A stretch of 64,000 nt of DNA from Octopus sinensis (Eukaryota). Shown here in pieces: positions 23,004 to 35,740 of the stretch. The notes beneath the pieces are model-generated. The model had not been told where the DNA came from. It worked only from the letters and a program-made list of their open reading frames with translations, and ran no database searches. The DNA lies in NCBI RefSeq assembly GCF_006345805.1, contig NC_043019.1, forward strand, positions 32,673,360 to 32,737,359. Direction: 5' to 3'. Each line of letters opens with the position of its first letter. Position 1 is the stretch's first letter. The position numbers and the translations under genes are program-made.

Positions 23004-23040
23004 CCTTTCTGTTGAAGAGCTGCGTTTGAAATGTCAAAAA
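23004..23040 (+). ncRNA. Degenerate hammerhead-like motif (variant core CTGTTGA)
   Basis: ccttt CTGTTGA A GAGC tgc GTTT GAAA TGTC aaaaa; shares downstream sequence with the 4500-4615 and 10036 copies. Confidence 0.4.
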
Positions 23041-23105
23041 CCCTCTCAGTTTTACCAAGCATCAAATTAATACATTCCATGTGCAAACCTGTATTCTCAA
23101 CTTGA

Positions 23106-23654
23106 ACTAAACTCCGCTTATTTGGTTCAAACGTAAAATCTGTGCTTTTGTATGGCTCTGAAACATGGAGAGTCACTTGCAGCAACTACAAAAAGATCCA
23201 GACCTTCATCAACAAATGTCTCCGGCAGATCCTCCATCTGACGTGGTTCGACAGAGTGCCAGACACCGACCTGTGGGAAAGGGCCAACCAGGAGCCCATA
23301 CATGTTCAGATTAGACGAAGGAAATGGAGATGGATCGGACACACACTGCGGAAAGAACCCTCAAATGTGACACGACAGGCACTTGACTGGAACCCGCAAA
23401 GGAAAAGGAAGTGAGGAAATGCCCAAAGCAGACATGGAAGCGGAGCATTTTGGATGAGCTCAGGACCACCGGCCTGACATGGGAAGCAGCCAAGAAACAC
23501 GCCAATGACCGCAAAAAGTGGAAAACAACTGTTGAGGCCCTATGCTCCACAAGGGGCAAAAAGGATTAAGAAGAAGAAGAAGATGACGACGACAAAGAAG
23601 AAGAAGAAGAAGAAGAAAGAAGAAGAAGAAGAAGAAGAAGTAGAAGAAGAAAAA

Positions 23655-23655
<1 letters not shown>
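23106..23655 (+). mobile_element. 5'-truncated RTE-clade LINE (C-terminal ORF fragment plus (AAG)n tail)
   Basis: KSVLLYGSETW...IRRRKWRWIGHTLRK...ALDWNPQ...PKQTWKR motifs with a stop and frameshift. Confidence 0.92.
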
Positions 23656-23688
<33 letters not shown>

Positions 23689-24006
23689 TCGATGATGACT
23701 GTGTGTATGTATGTATGTATGTCTCATATATTTATATATTTTTATATGATGTTTATATATATATATATATATATATTTTTAAACGTCGGACTTTATATCT
23801 GTTCTGTAGATATAAATGAATATGAATATATGTATGTTTGATCTTTCTGTGGATTTTGTAATGTTCCTTTAGTTGCTGCTCACATTGCCTCCCCTCGGAT
23901 TAATATATGTATGTATGCATGTATGTATGTATGTATGTATGTATGTATGTATGTATGTATGTATGTATGTATGTATGTATGTATGCATGTATGTATGCAT
24001 GTATAT

Positions 24007-24470
24007 ACTCTTTATACTCTTTTACTTGTTTCAGTCATTTGACTGCGGCCATGCTGGAGCACCGCCTTTAATCAAGCAACTCGACCCCGGGATTTATTCT
24101 TTTATAAGCCCAGTACTTATTCTATCGGTCTCTTTTGCCGAACCGCTAAGTAATGGCTAAGTAACAGCTAAGTAACGGCTAAGTAACAGCTAAGTAACGG
24201 GGACATAAACACACCAGCATTGGTTGTCAAGCAATGCTAGGGGAACAAACACAGACACACAAACACACACACGCATATATATATATATATATATATACAT
24301 GTATACGATGGGCTTCTTTCAGTTTCCGTCTACCAAATCCACTCACAAGGCATTGGTCGGCCTGAGGCTATAGTAGAAGACACTTGCCCAAGGTGCCACG
24401 CAGTGGGACTGAACCCAGAACCATGTGGTTTGTAAACAAGCTACTTACCACACAGCCACTCCTGCGCCTA
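24007..24470 (-). mobile_element. SINE family A with an internal 11-bp tandem expansion (GCTAAGTAACG)
   Basis: Homology to family A; repeat at about 24145-24198. Confidence 0.9.
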
Positions 24471-24611
24471 TGTATGTATGTATGTATGTTTGAATGTATG
24501 CAAGTAAATAGTAGATATACAAATTTTTAATTAATTCTAAGTTACTCAGTATTTTCTTACCTCTTGTAATTTCGTTGTTTGCATTTCAATTTTATATTTT
24601 CATTCTTTCAG

Positions 24612-24623
24612 GTATGTCTGTAA
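24612..24623 (+). CDS. Candidate terminal coding exon of the RGS22-like gene (VCL-stop)
   Basis: Long polypyrimidine tract ending ctttcag|GTA TGT CTG TAA, phase 0 as required; AATAAA near 24915. Too short to confirm. Confidence 0.3.
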   Translation, partial: VCL

Positions 24624-25009
24624 AGAAAAGGAGTCTTTCAACTATTTAAATGGACAAATATATTTTAAAATACAGATCTCAATCCTAAGTATTTAATTTT
24701 GCATTCTCTGTTAACATATTTCAAAAGAAACAATTCAGCTATATAGTCAAACCGGTTTCAACAATCTACATCAATTGTACAACCTTCTTTCTGCTTTCTT
24801 CCACTGAAGTTTCAAAGAATTTTTCACCAGGAGGTCACAGTTTGAAGAACTTTCAGTTTGATCTTTCAGTGATCAAAGTTTTTTATTTATACAAATCAAA
24901 AGACAGTTTGATAAAATAAAATCAATCAGAACCAAAATCCACAAATTATTATTAAATCTTAGTCTTGTGTTTTTTGTATAATATTTTTTCCCTCTCAATT
25001 TCTTCAGAT

Positions 25010-25382
25010 TATGTATGTATGTATGTATGTATGTATGTATGTATGTATGTATGTATGTATGTATGTATGTATGTATGTGTGTGTCTATGTATGTATGTGT
25101 GTATGTATGTATGTATGTATGTATGTATATATGTGTGTGTATGTATGTGTGTGTGTGTGTATGTATGTATGAATATATGTATGTAAGTATGTATGTATGT
25201 ATGTATGCGTGTGTATGTATGTATGTGTGTGTGTGTATGAATATATGTATGTAAGTACGTATGTATGTGTGTATGTATGTATGTGTGTATGTATGTGTGT
25301 ATGTATGTATGTGTGTGTGTATGTATGTATGTATGTATGTATGTATGTATGTATGTGTGTGTGTGTATGTATGTATGTATAT
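25010..25382. repeat. (ATGT)n/(GT)n microsatellite
   Basis: Seen directly. Confidence 0.95.
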
Positions 25383-25724
25383 AATAAACCTTTACATATA
25401 TAAATAACGTGAAATACACGAAGGGACGAACATAAGAGACAGACGGGTCATTCAAAGCCTTCGTTCTTCAGTCAGAAACCGATTCCTCATCGCAGATTTC
25501 GGCTGTTTAATTCTGAGATCTGATCTGAATCAGCCTTTCATTATTTGTTTTTCCTTTTATTTTCTGATTCTTTAGTTTTGAAGCAATATCATCTCACCTG
25601 ATTTCATCTCCTCATCTGCAGTTGTTGCTATTGCTGTTGTTATTGTTGCTGCTGTCCTCCTCCTCCTCCTCCTCCACTTCCTCTACTTCCAGATCAACCC
25701 TGCTCAAGCTGATGTATGACATGC

Positions 25725-25930
25725 CTATTTCTTTATTACCCACAAGGGGCTAAACACAGAGGGGACAAACAAGGACAGACAAATGGATCAAGTCGATTAT
25801 ATCGACCCCCAGTGCGCAACTGGTACTTATTTAATCGACCGCAAAAGGATGAAAGGCAAAGTCGACCTTGGCAGAATTTGAACTCAGAACGTAACGGCAG
25901 ACGAAATACCGCTAAGCATTTCGCCCGTGA
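25725..25930 (-). mobile_element. SINE family B
   Basis: Reverse complement of the family B core. Confidence 0.85.
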
Positions 25931-26089
25931 CTAATAGCAAACATGAGGTGTAGCAGTGTTGCAGTGTAAACATGCTACATCCTCCTTCTCTCTCTCTCTC
26001 TCACTGTCTCCGCCAACTGGTAGGTATGGATACCATAAACCCTCGAGTATAATCCGCATTTTCTCCCCCAAATTTAAAGGTCACATACC

Positions 26090-27150
26090 ACCAGCACATG
26101 TGCCAGTAAGGTGACACTGGCAATGATCACACTCGAATGGTGCTTTTTACATGTCACTGGCACGGGAGCCAATTTGTGGCCCTGGCAACGATCATGCTTG
26201 GATGTTCTTTTAACATTCCACTGGCATGAGTACCAATCAGGCGGTACTGTCATCAGCCATGTCAGCGATATTGCTTTGTTTACACTTGCCTCAATAGGTC
26301 TTCGCAAGCAAAGTTCATTGCCAAATGAGGGGTACTCATAAGTGGGCCGATTACACCCCACATTCGGATGTACTTTTTAACATTCCACTGGCATGAATGC
26401 CAATCAGGCGGTACTGTCATCAGCCACGTCAGCAATTTTGATTTAGATTTCACTTGCCTCAATAGGTCTTCGCAAGCAAAGTTTATTGTCCAATGAATGA
26501 GGGGTATTCATAAATGGGCTGATTACGCCCACTGACATAGGCCATGGGCTATGGTCTCACTTGGCTTGTCAGGTCTTCTCAAGCACAGCGGTGGCAAGCT
26601 AGCAGAAACGTTAGCACGCCGGGCGAAATGCTTAGCAGTATTTCGTCTGCCACTACGTTCTGAGTTCAAATTCTGCTGAGGTCGACTTTGCCTTTCATCC
26701 TTTCAGGGTCAATAAATTAAGTACCAGTTACGCACTGGGGTCGATGTAATCGACTTAATCCATTTGTCTGTCCTTGTTTGTTTGTCCCCTCTGTGTTTAG
26801 CCCCTTCTGAATAGTAAAGAAATATATCTCCAAAGGTCTCGGTCACTAGTCATTGCCTCGGTAAGGCCCAATGTTTGAAGGCCATGCTTCACCACCTCAT
26901 CCCAGGTTTTCCTGGGTCTACCTTTTCCAAAAGTTCCCTCGACTGCTAGGGTATGACAATCTTCTTTCCAGATAACTAAATGCTTTTGTCTTTGAAAGGT
27001 TTACTGCAAAAACTCTTAATTCTAGGATTTGCTTTGTCATTTGAAATTTCTTCCTTAACTCTTTGACTGATTGAGTTGTGCAGTTATCATATTACAACAG
27101 TTTCCACAGATTACTGGCTTTAAACTCCCCTATTATTGCACGGAGTTCCA
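26090..27150 (-). mobile_element. RTE LINE remnants (RT and C-terminal fragments plus repetitive 3' UTR) interrupted by SINE B at 26589-26823
   Basis: Minus-strand peptides GKGRPRKTWDEVV...MTSDRDLWRY/AVLEKT and a degenerate ELRKKFQ...VNLSKTK RT segment. Confidence 0.8.
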
Positions 27151-27169
27151 TAATAGACAAACAAACACA

Positions 27170-28110
27170 CAAGCACACACATATCGATTTTAACACATAG
27201 ACGCACACATACATACACATAAATATATACATACTGACATAGATACAAACACCCTTACATTTGTATATACACACACACATATCAATTTTAACACATAGAT
27301 ACACACATACATACACATAAATATATACATACCGACATAGATACAAACATCCATACATGTGTATATATATATACACACACACACACAAGCACACACATAT
27401 CGATTTTAACACATAGACGCACACATACATACACATAAATATATACACACTGACAAAGACACAAACACCCTTACATGTGTATATACACACACACACAAGC
27501 ACACACATATCGATTTTAACATATACATACACATAAATATATACACACTGACATAGATACAAACACCCTTACATGTGTATATATATACCCACACACAAGC
27601 ACACACATATCGATTTTAACACATAGACACACACATACATAGACATAAATATATACACACTGACATAGATACAAACACCCTTACATGTGTATATACACAC
27701 ACACACAAGCACACACATATCGATTTTAACATATACATACACATAAATATATACACACTGACATAGATACAAACACCCTTACATGTGTATATATATACCC
27801 ACACACAAGCACACACATATCGATTTTAACACATAGATACACACATACATAGACATAAATATATACACACTGACAAAGACACAAACACCCTTACATGTGT
27901 ATATACACACACACACAAGCACACACATATCGATTTTACCATATACATACACATAAATATATACACACTGACATAGATACAAACACCCTTACATGTGTAT
28001 ATATATACCCACACACAAGCACACACATATCGATTTTAACACATAGACACACACATGCATAGACATAAATATATACACACTGACAAAGACACAAACACCC
28101 ATACATATGT
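27170..28110. repeat. 210-bp higher-order tandem repeat (alternating subunits of about 110 and 100 bp)
   Basis: CATATCGATTTTAAC recurs at alternating 110 and 100 bp spacing. Confidence 0.9.
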
Positions 28111-28881
28111 ATACACACACACACACATACACACACACACACAAACATACACATTGTAGCACCCACGCACACAAGCATACATATTAACATAGAGACATAA
28201 TTATGGACAAACACACACACACATACGCACATAGATATACACATACATTCACACATGCTTACATTAGCTTCAGCTGGTCATTACACATACTCACACATGC
28301 ACACGCACACACACACACACACAGACATATATTCCCCTCCAGTGGTTTTATTGATTAATAGATTTATCGATTTATTGATTTTTATTATTGTCAATAGGGA
28401 ATACTTGTTTTTACTGGTGAATCAAGATAAGACTAAGTTGTTCAATGCAACTCTCTCTCTCTCTCTCATTCTTTCTCTTACTCTCTCTCTCCCTCCCTCT
28501 CTATCTCCCTCTCATTCTTTCTCTTACTCTATCTTTCTCTCTCCCCCTCTCTCTCTCTCATTCTTTCTCTTACTCTCTCAGTCTTTCTCTTACTCTCTTT
28601 CTCTTTCCCTCCCCTCTCTCTCTCATTCTTTTCTCTCTCTCTCTATCTCATTCTCTCTCTCTCTCCTTGACTGTTTCCCGCCCACCATCATACTATCACA
28701 CTTTTTCTTCCCCACTTTATCTTCCTTTCTCTCTCCTTCTCACTCGTGCTCTCACATACACACACACACACTTCCATTTGCTGTCACATTCTTGGACTTC
28801 TTTTTTCTTCTTTTCTCTATTCATTTCCTTCTCTCTCCCTCTTTTTCTCTCTTTAACTCCTCCCTTTCTCTGTATGTATGC

Positions 28882-28912
<31 letters not shown>

Positions 28913-28948
28913 ATATACATATATACATGTATACATATATATATATAT

Positions 28949-29001
<53 letters not shown>

Positions 29002-29042
29002 TTCCTCTCTTTTTGTCTTTCTCTCACTCTCTAGCTCCCTGC

Positions 29043-29079
<37 letters not shown>

Positions 29080-29080
<1 letters not shown>

Positions 29081-29398
29081 CGGTGGCACATAAAAACACC
29101 ATCCGAGCGTGGTCGTCTGCCAGCCTCGTCTGGCACCTGTGTCGGTGGCACATAAAAAACACCATCCGAGCGTGGCCGTTCGCCAGCCTCATCTGGCACC
29201 TGTGTCGGTGGCACATAAAATCACCCACTACACTCTCGGAGTGGTTGGCGTTAGGAAGGGCATCCAGCTGTAGAAACACTGCCAGATCTGACTGGCCTGG
29301 TGCAGCCTTCGGGCTCCCCAGACCCCAGTTGAACCGTCCAACCCATGCTAGCATGGAAAGCAGACGTTAAATGATGATGATGATGATGATGATGATGA
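29080..29398 (+). mobile_element. RTE LINE 3' end (family D) with (GAT)n tail
   Basis: GGTGGCACATAAAAA subrepeats, then TTAGGAAGGGCATCCAG...CATGCTAGCATG and (TGA)n. Confidence 0.85.
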
Positions 29399-30030
29399 TA
29401 TATTTTTCCCTTTCTTTTAATCTCACTCAATTTCTGTCTGTCTCTCTCTCTCTCTCCTTCACACATACTCTCATTCTCTTCTTTTCACTCAAACTCTCCT
29501 CTCATACTCACTCTCATTTTCTCTCTCTCTCTCTCTCTGTCTTTCTACTTCTTTCACACAGTCACTATCTCTCTCAGACACACTCTTTCTCATATGCCCT
29601 CATTATATCTCTCTCTGCCTTCCTTTTCTCTATCTTTCCTTTTCTCTCTCTCTCTCTCTCTCACTCCATCTTTCTATTTCTTTTACACAAGCTCTTTTTC
29701 ACACACTTTTTCTTTCTTTCTTTCTTTCTTTCTTTCTTTATTTCTTTCTTTCTATCTTTCTTCTTTCTTTCTATCTTTCTTCTTTCTTTCTTTCTTTTTC
29801 GCCCTCCCACCCTCTCTAATAACACTTGTTCTCTGAAGTTATTTTTTTTGGTTCCAGACATGGTCAAGTTTTATGGTGAGAGAACTCACCTAGCTGAACT
29901 GACAACTGTCCATCTGGAGGTTAAGGGGTCCACAGCTGACCAGTTTAATGTCACACGAGCTGTTGCACACACACACACGCACACGCACACACACACACAC
30001 ACATGCACACCTACACAAAACACATATATG

Positions 30031-30071
<41 letters not shown>

Positions 30072-30344
30072 CTGTTTCGTCTCAACTAATACACACACTG
30101 AGAAACACACAAATACACTTCACATACACAGAAGCATACACATACATATATATATACAAACATATACATACAGAAGCATACATATACATGCACATATAAA
30201 CACATTATCTCACACACACCACATATGCATATTCATATACACACACATGAACATTCATACACATATGAACACATGATCACACACTATATACATATATACA
30301 CATACAAACATGAACATACATTACATACATATTGAGTATGCTAT

Positions 30345-30384
<40 letters not shown>

Positions 30385-31244
30385 AATACACAAACATTAT
30401 CACATACACATAGATACATATATGCATTCACAAACACATCCATACATATGGACACATTATCACATGCGCACACACATGTATACAAATATACACACACTCA
30501 ACATGTACATGCATATCATATATATATACACACACATACACAAAACATGCACACACGTACACACACATACACACAAACACCCACGCATACATAAACTTGT
30601 GCAATACACAGAGCTGAATCAACAAGAGAGCCCCTATGTAGTTTTCCAACCAGCTAGAAATAGCAGCCGAATTCTCCACCAAACTGCTCAATGCCATATT
30701 AAAAAAAGAAGGTTACATAGGACAGTGTAATTTGTGATGCATATAAAGGCGAGGTGGTCGTAGCTAGAGTGCCTTGAATCACAAGTCTCTTTGATCAGGC
30801 TGTTATACGTTGTCTGTCGAAGCAATAAGGATCGTTTAGTCATCCTTAAAGATGACTGGTGATTGATGATGAATGACCGATGACTGGTGATTGATGATGG
30901 ATAACCGATGACTGATGACCAGTGACTGATGACTGATGGTTGATGACTGATGATTGATGACTTGCATGATGGCCTTGTTTAAAGTGAAGAAGAGTTGTGC
31001 ACTGTTAACCTCACTCTTGTCTGTGATCAGATTTAACCCTGTGACAAGACCGGGTCAAGATGACTAGGGATGGAGATAGATGCAGAGGATGACTAAGATG
31101 TCTTAAATTGTTTCATCATGCTCTCTGCTCTTCACAATGCATTGCTATAGCTGTATTCTCCTCTGTTCTCCTCCGTTGAACCGAAGAGGTTTCTTCTGCA
31201 GAGTCTGCCGGGTCCAGTCTTTACATGCATAGGTAAGCAAACCC

Positions 31245-31720
31245 TAAAAGACACCCCTTTGGTCATGGATGTCTGTAGGATTGCTTCTAGAAAGTTCCCC
31301 TCCGAGGCACAAATCAGGGCAAGGTTGTTTATGGAAGACCAGCAATCACCCATGCATACCAGCCTCTCCTATCCACGCCACCCATCTTATCCTAGGCAAA
31401 GGCAAAAGCTGATACAGCTTGGCACCTTCGCTAAGATGATGTTATCCAAGGGAAAGGCAAAGGGGCCGATACAGCTTGGCACCAGTGACATCGCAACTCA
31501 TTTCTACAAACAAGTGTACTGGGACAACATGAAATAAAGAGTCTTGCTCAAGAGCAGATCACGCAGCCTGGTCCAGGAATTGAAGTCACAACCTCACAAT
31601 TGTAAACCCAATGCTAAAACCACTCAGCCATGCACCTTCGCTAAGATGATGTTATCCAAGGGAAAGGCAAAGGGGCCAATACAGCTTGGCACCAGAGATG
31701 TTGCTACTCATTTCTACAGA
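31245..31720 (-). mobile_element. V-domain-like SINE with a local duplication
   Basis: Homologous to 22350-22672; direct repeat 31422-31484 / 31632-31695. Confidence 0.7.
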
Positions 31721-31799
31721 TGAGTTGCATTACCATAAAACATTGCAGGTAGAACTGTACTATTGATGAGGTTGGTGAGGCTGGTCCTGTCCAACCTTC

Positions 31800-32017
31800 C
31801 CTTGAGCAACATCAACGGCAGTAGGTCTCAAGATGAACCGCATGAAAATGAAGTTCATATGGTCCGACAACGTACCAACAGGTCGAATGGTGGTTGGCAG
31901 TGATAAAATAGAGGAAGTAAAGGAATATGTCTACCTGGGACAGGAAGTGAATATGTGCCGAGATATCGGAAAAGAGATCTCGCGGAGAGTAAGGGTTGGA
32001 TGGAAGGCATTTAATGG
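31800..32017 (+). pseudogene. RTE reverse transcriptase fragment (GLKMN...IEEVKEYVYLG...EISRRVRVGWKAF)
   Basis: Characteristic RTE RT domain 6-7 and thumb motifs. Confidence 0.88.
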
Positions 32018-32035
32018 CATATATATATATATCTG

Positions 32036-32900
32036 TTTCTTTATTGCCCACAAGGGGCTAAACATAGAGGGGACAAACAAGGACAGAGAAACGGATTAAG
32101 TCGATTACATCGACCCCAGTGCGTAACTGGTACTTAATTTATCGACCCCGAAAGGATGAAAGGCAAAGTCGACCTCGGCGGAATTTGAACTCAGAATGCA
32201 ACGACAGACGCAATACCGCTGAGCATTTCGCTCGATGTGCTAACGTTTCTGCCAGCTTGCCGCCTTTTATATATATCATCATCATCATCATCATCGCCAA
32301 CCACTCAGAGAATGTAGTTGGTGCGTTTACGTGCCACTGGCACAAGGGCCAGTCAGGCAGTACTGGCAATGGCCACGCTCAAATGGTGCTTTTTATGTGC
32401 CACCTGCACAGGAACCAGTCCAGCGGCACTGGCAACGACCTCACTCGTATGTTTTTTCATGTGCCACCAACACAAGTGTCACTAAGGCAACACAGGTAAT
32501 GATCATGCTCGAATGGTGCTTTTTACGTGCCATATATATATCATCATCATCATCATCATCATTTAGCGTCCGCTTTCCATGCTAGCATGGGTTGGACGGT
32601 TCAACTGGGGTCTGTGAAGCCAGAAGGCTGCATCAGGCCCAGTCTGATCTGGCAGTGTTTCTACGGCTGGATGCCCTTCCTAATGCCAACCACTCCGTGA
32701 GTGTAGTGGGTGCTTTTTATGTGCCACCTGCACAGGTGCCAGACGGAGCTGGCAAATGGCCACGAACGGATGGTGCTTTTTATGTGCCACTGGCCTGAGA
32801 CCAGTCGGGGCGGCGCTGGATGGTTCTCTTATGTGTCACCGGCACTGGTAACCCAGCTGCAATTTCCATTGATCAATTTCGATTCTGATTCTGATTCTAA
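32036..32900 (-). mobile_element. SINE B (32036-32263) plus two family-D RTE 3' ends
   Basis: Homology to other copies. Confidence 0.82.
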
Positions 32901-32901
32901 C

Positions 32902-32936
<35 letters not shown>

Positions 32937-32943
32937 CATATAT

Positions 32944-33300
32944 AAGTAAATAAATGGAGTTGAACGCAGATGCTATTCAAATTCTTTTACTTTCGACATA
33001 TGTTTCGAAAACAACATTGGTTTTATTCCAAAGGAATAAACGGTGTAAAAAAATGTAATCTTCTCATTAGGAAAGAAAGAGAACCTGTTGTCTTCGAAAC
33101 ATATGTCGAGAGTAAAAGAATTTGAATAGCATCTGCCTTCAACTCCATTTATTTACTTCTACTACACAAATTACTGCTCATTAACCCAGAGTTTCTACCT
33201 TTGAAGAGGTGGCTACATCCTTGTTAGTTGCGTGAATTTTGCTACCCAGGTAACTGTTTATTGAATTTTCCATGTTAACAGTAATTCATTCATCCATTTA
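32944..33300. mobile_element. Fold-back Penelope-like terminus with a hammerhead ribozyme (32990-33075, minus)
   Basis: Arms of about 75 bp at 32944-33020 and 33083-33158. Minus strand CTTTC CT(A)ATGA GAAGA...TTTTC GAAAC ATAT GTC GAAAG. Flanked by (TA)n. Confidence 0.7.
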
Positions 33301-33997
33301 TATATATATATATAATGTGTGGTAACCACTTATATATATATATATATATATATATAAGTGGTTACCACACATTTTGTGTGTATCAAATTGATTCACAAGG
33401 CATTGGTCAGCCCAAGGCTATAGTAGAAGTCACTTTCCCTGTATACTGCACATTGGGATGAACTCTAAACCTCTGCTCTAAATAATCTGTTGAAAACTAT
33501 AAGAATATCAATGGTGAACGTAGCCATACACTTCCCAAAAAATAATTCAAAAGACTCTTTTCTTTTGAAATTATGGCCACTGCTTCTTGAAAGGGCTGTC
33601 TTCCCACAAAATTTGCAAAGATAAGAGACTTTCTTTGTCACCTGAAATGTAATAAAAAAAAAAACTCGTTATTTTTTACATGACACAAATAGAAGAGAGT
33701 GAGACAAGATATAAAAATATAGTTATCCGTATTGATTTGTCTGTATTGATTTATTGAACCATATTGATTTGTGAAGTTGTTATAACATCCAACTGGGTGT
33801 GGCAACATCAGATTGAGTATGAGTTGTTTAATGTTCAAACACTCAGTCAGTATACTACAGCCAAACTTTACACTATACTCAGCAACTTGACATCATTCAC
33901 ACACCAAACTATATTCAACTGCAACACTACTCTCAACCATCACACTACACTCAAACACTATACTTCACTCAGCCACCATTCTCCACTCAGCCAGCAC

Positions 33998-35740
33998 ACT
34001 ACACTCAGCTTCCACACAATATTCGGCCATCATACTACTCTCAACCACCATGCTACACTCACTCAATGATTACGCTATACTCAACAACCAAACTACACTC
34101 AGCTTCCACACAATATTCAGCCATCATACTACACTCAACCACTATGCTACACTCACTCACTGATTACGCTATACTCAACAACCAAACTACACTCAGCTTC
34201 CACACAATATTCAGCCATCATACTACACTCAACCACTATGCTACACTCACTCACTGATTACGCTATACTCAACAACCAAACTACACTCAGCTTCCACACA
34301 ATATTCAGCCATCATACTACACTCAACCACTATGCTACACTCACTCACTGATTACGCTATACTCAACAACCAAACTACACTCAGCTTCCACACAATATTC
34401 AGCCATCATACTACACTCAACCACTATGCTACACTCACTCACTGATTACGCTATACTCAACAACCAAACTACACTCAGCTTCCACACAATATTCAGCCAT
34501 CATACTACTCTCAACCACCATGCTACACTCACTCACTGATTACACTATACTCAACAACCAAACTACACTCAGCTTCCACACAATATTCAGCCATCATACT
34601 ACACTCAACCACTATGCTACACTCACTCACTGATTACGCTATACTCCACATCCAAACTACACTCAGCTTCCACACAATATTCAGCCATCTACTACACTCA
34701 ACCACTATGCTACACTCACTCACTGATTACGCTATACTCAAAACAAAACTACACTCAGCTTCCACACAATATTCAGCCATCATACTACTCTCACCACCAT
34801 GCTACACTCAATCACTGATTACGCTATACTCAACAACCTAACTACACTCAGCTTCCACACAATATTCAGCCATCATACTACACTCAACCACCATGCTACA
34901 CTCACTCACTGATTACGCTATACTCAACAACCAAACTACACTCAGCTTCCACACAATATTCAGCCATCATACTACTCTCAACCACCATGCTACACTCACT
35001 CACTGATTACGCTATACTCAACAACCAAACTACACTCAGCTTCCACACAATATTCAGCCATCATACTACACTCAACCACTATGCTACACTCACTCACTGA
35101 TTACGCTATACTCAACAACCAAACTACACTCAGCTTCCACACAATATTCAGCCATCATACTACACTCAACCACTATGCTACACTCACTCACTGATTACGC
35201 TATACTCAACAACCCAACACACTCAGCTTCCACACAATATTCAGCCATCATACTACTCTCAACCACCATGCTACACTCACTCACTGATTACGCTATACTC
35301 AACAACCAAACTACACTCAGCTTCCACACAATATTCAGCCATCATACTACACTCAACCACTATGCTACACTCACTCACTGATTACGCTATACTCAACAAC
35401 CAAACTACACTCAGCTTCCACACAATATTCAGCCATCATACTACTCTCAACCACCATGCTACACTCACTCACTGATTACGCTATACTCAACAACCAAACT
35501 ACACTCAGCTTCCACACAATATTCAGCCATCATACTACACTCAACCACCATGCTACACTCACTCACTGATTACGCTATACGCAACAACCAAACTACACTC
35601 AGCTTCCACACAATATTCAGCCATCATACTACACTCAACCACTATGCTACACTCACTCACTGATTACGCTATACTCAACAACCAAACTACACTCAGCTTC
35701 CACACAATATTCAGCCATCATACTACACTCAATCACCATG
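33998..35740. repeat. 94-bp satellite, about 18 copies, within degenerate ACTACACTCA-based repeats (about 33840-36550)
   Basis: CTACACTCAGCTTCC at 34093, 34187, 34281 and onward. Confidence 0.95.

Noticed and set aside
31202-31232. 31-nt AG...GT exon candidate on the + strand
   Set aside because: Flanked by degraded repeat sequence, and the peptide shows no RGS22 similarity.
33998-35740. CRISPR-like regular array
   Set aside because: Units are wholly repeated with no unique spacers, no cas genes, and eukaryotic context. The same applies to 43150-43735 and 50738-51230.
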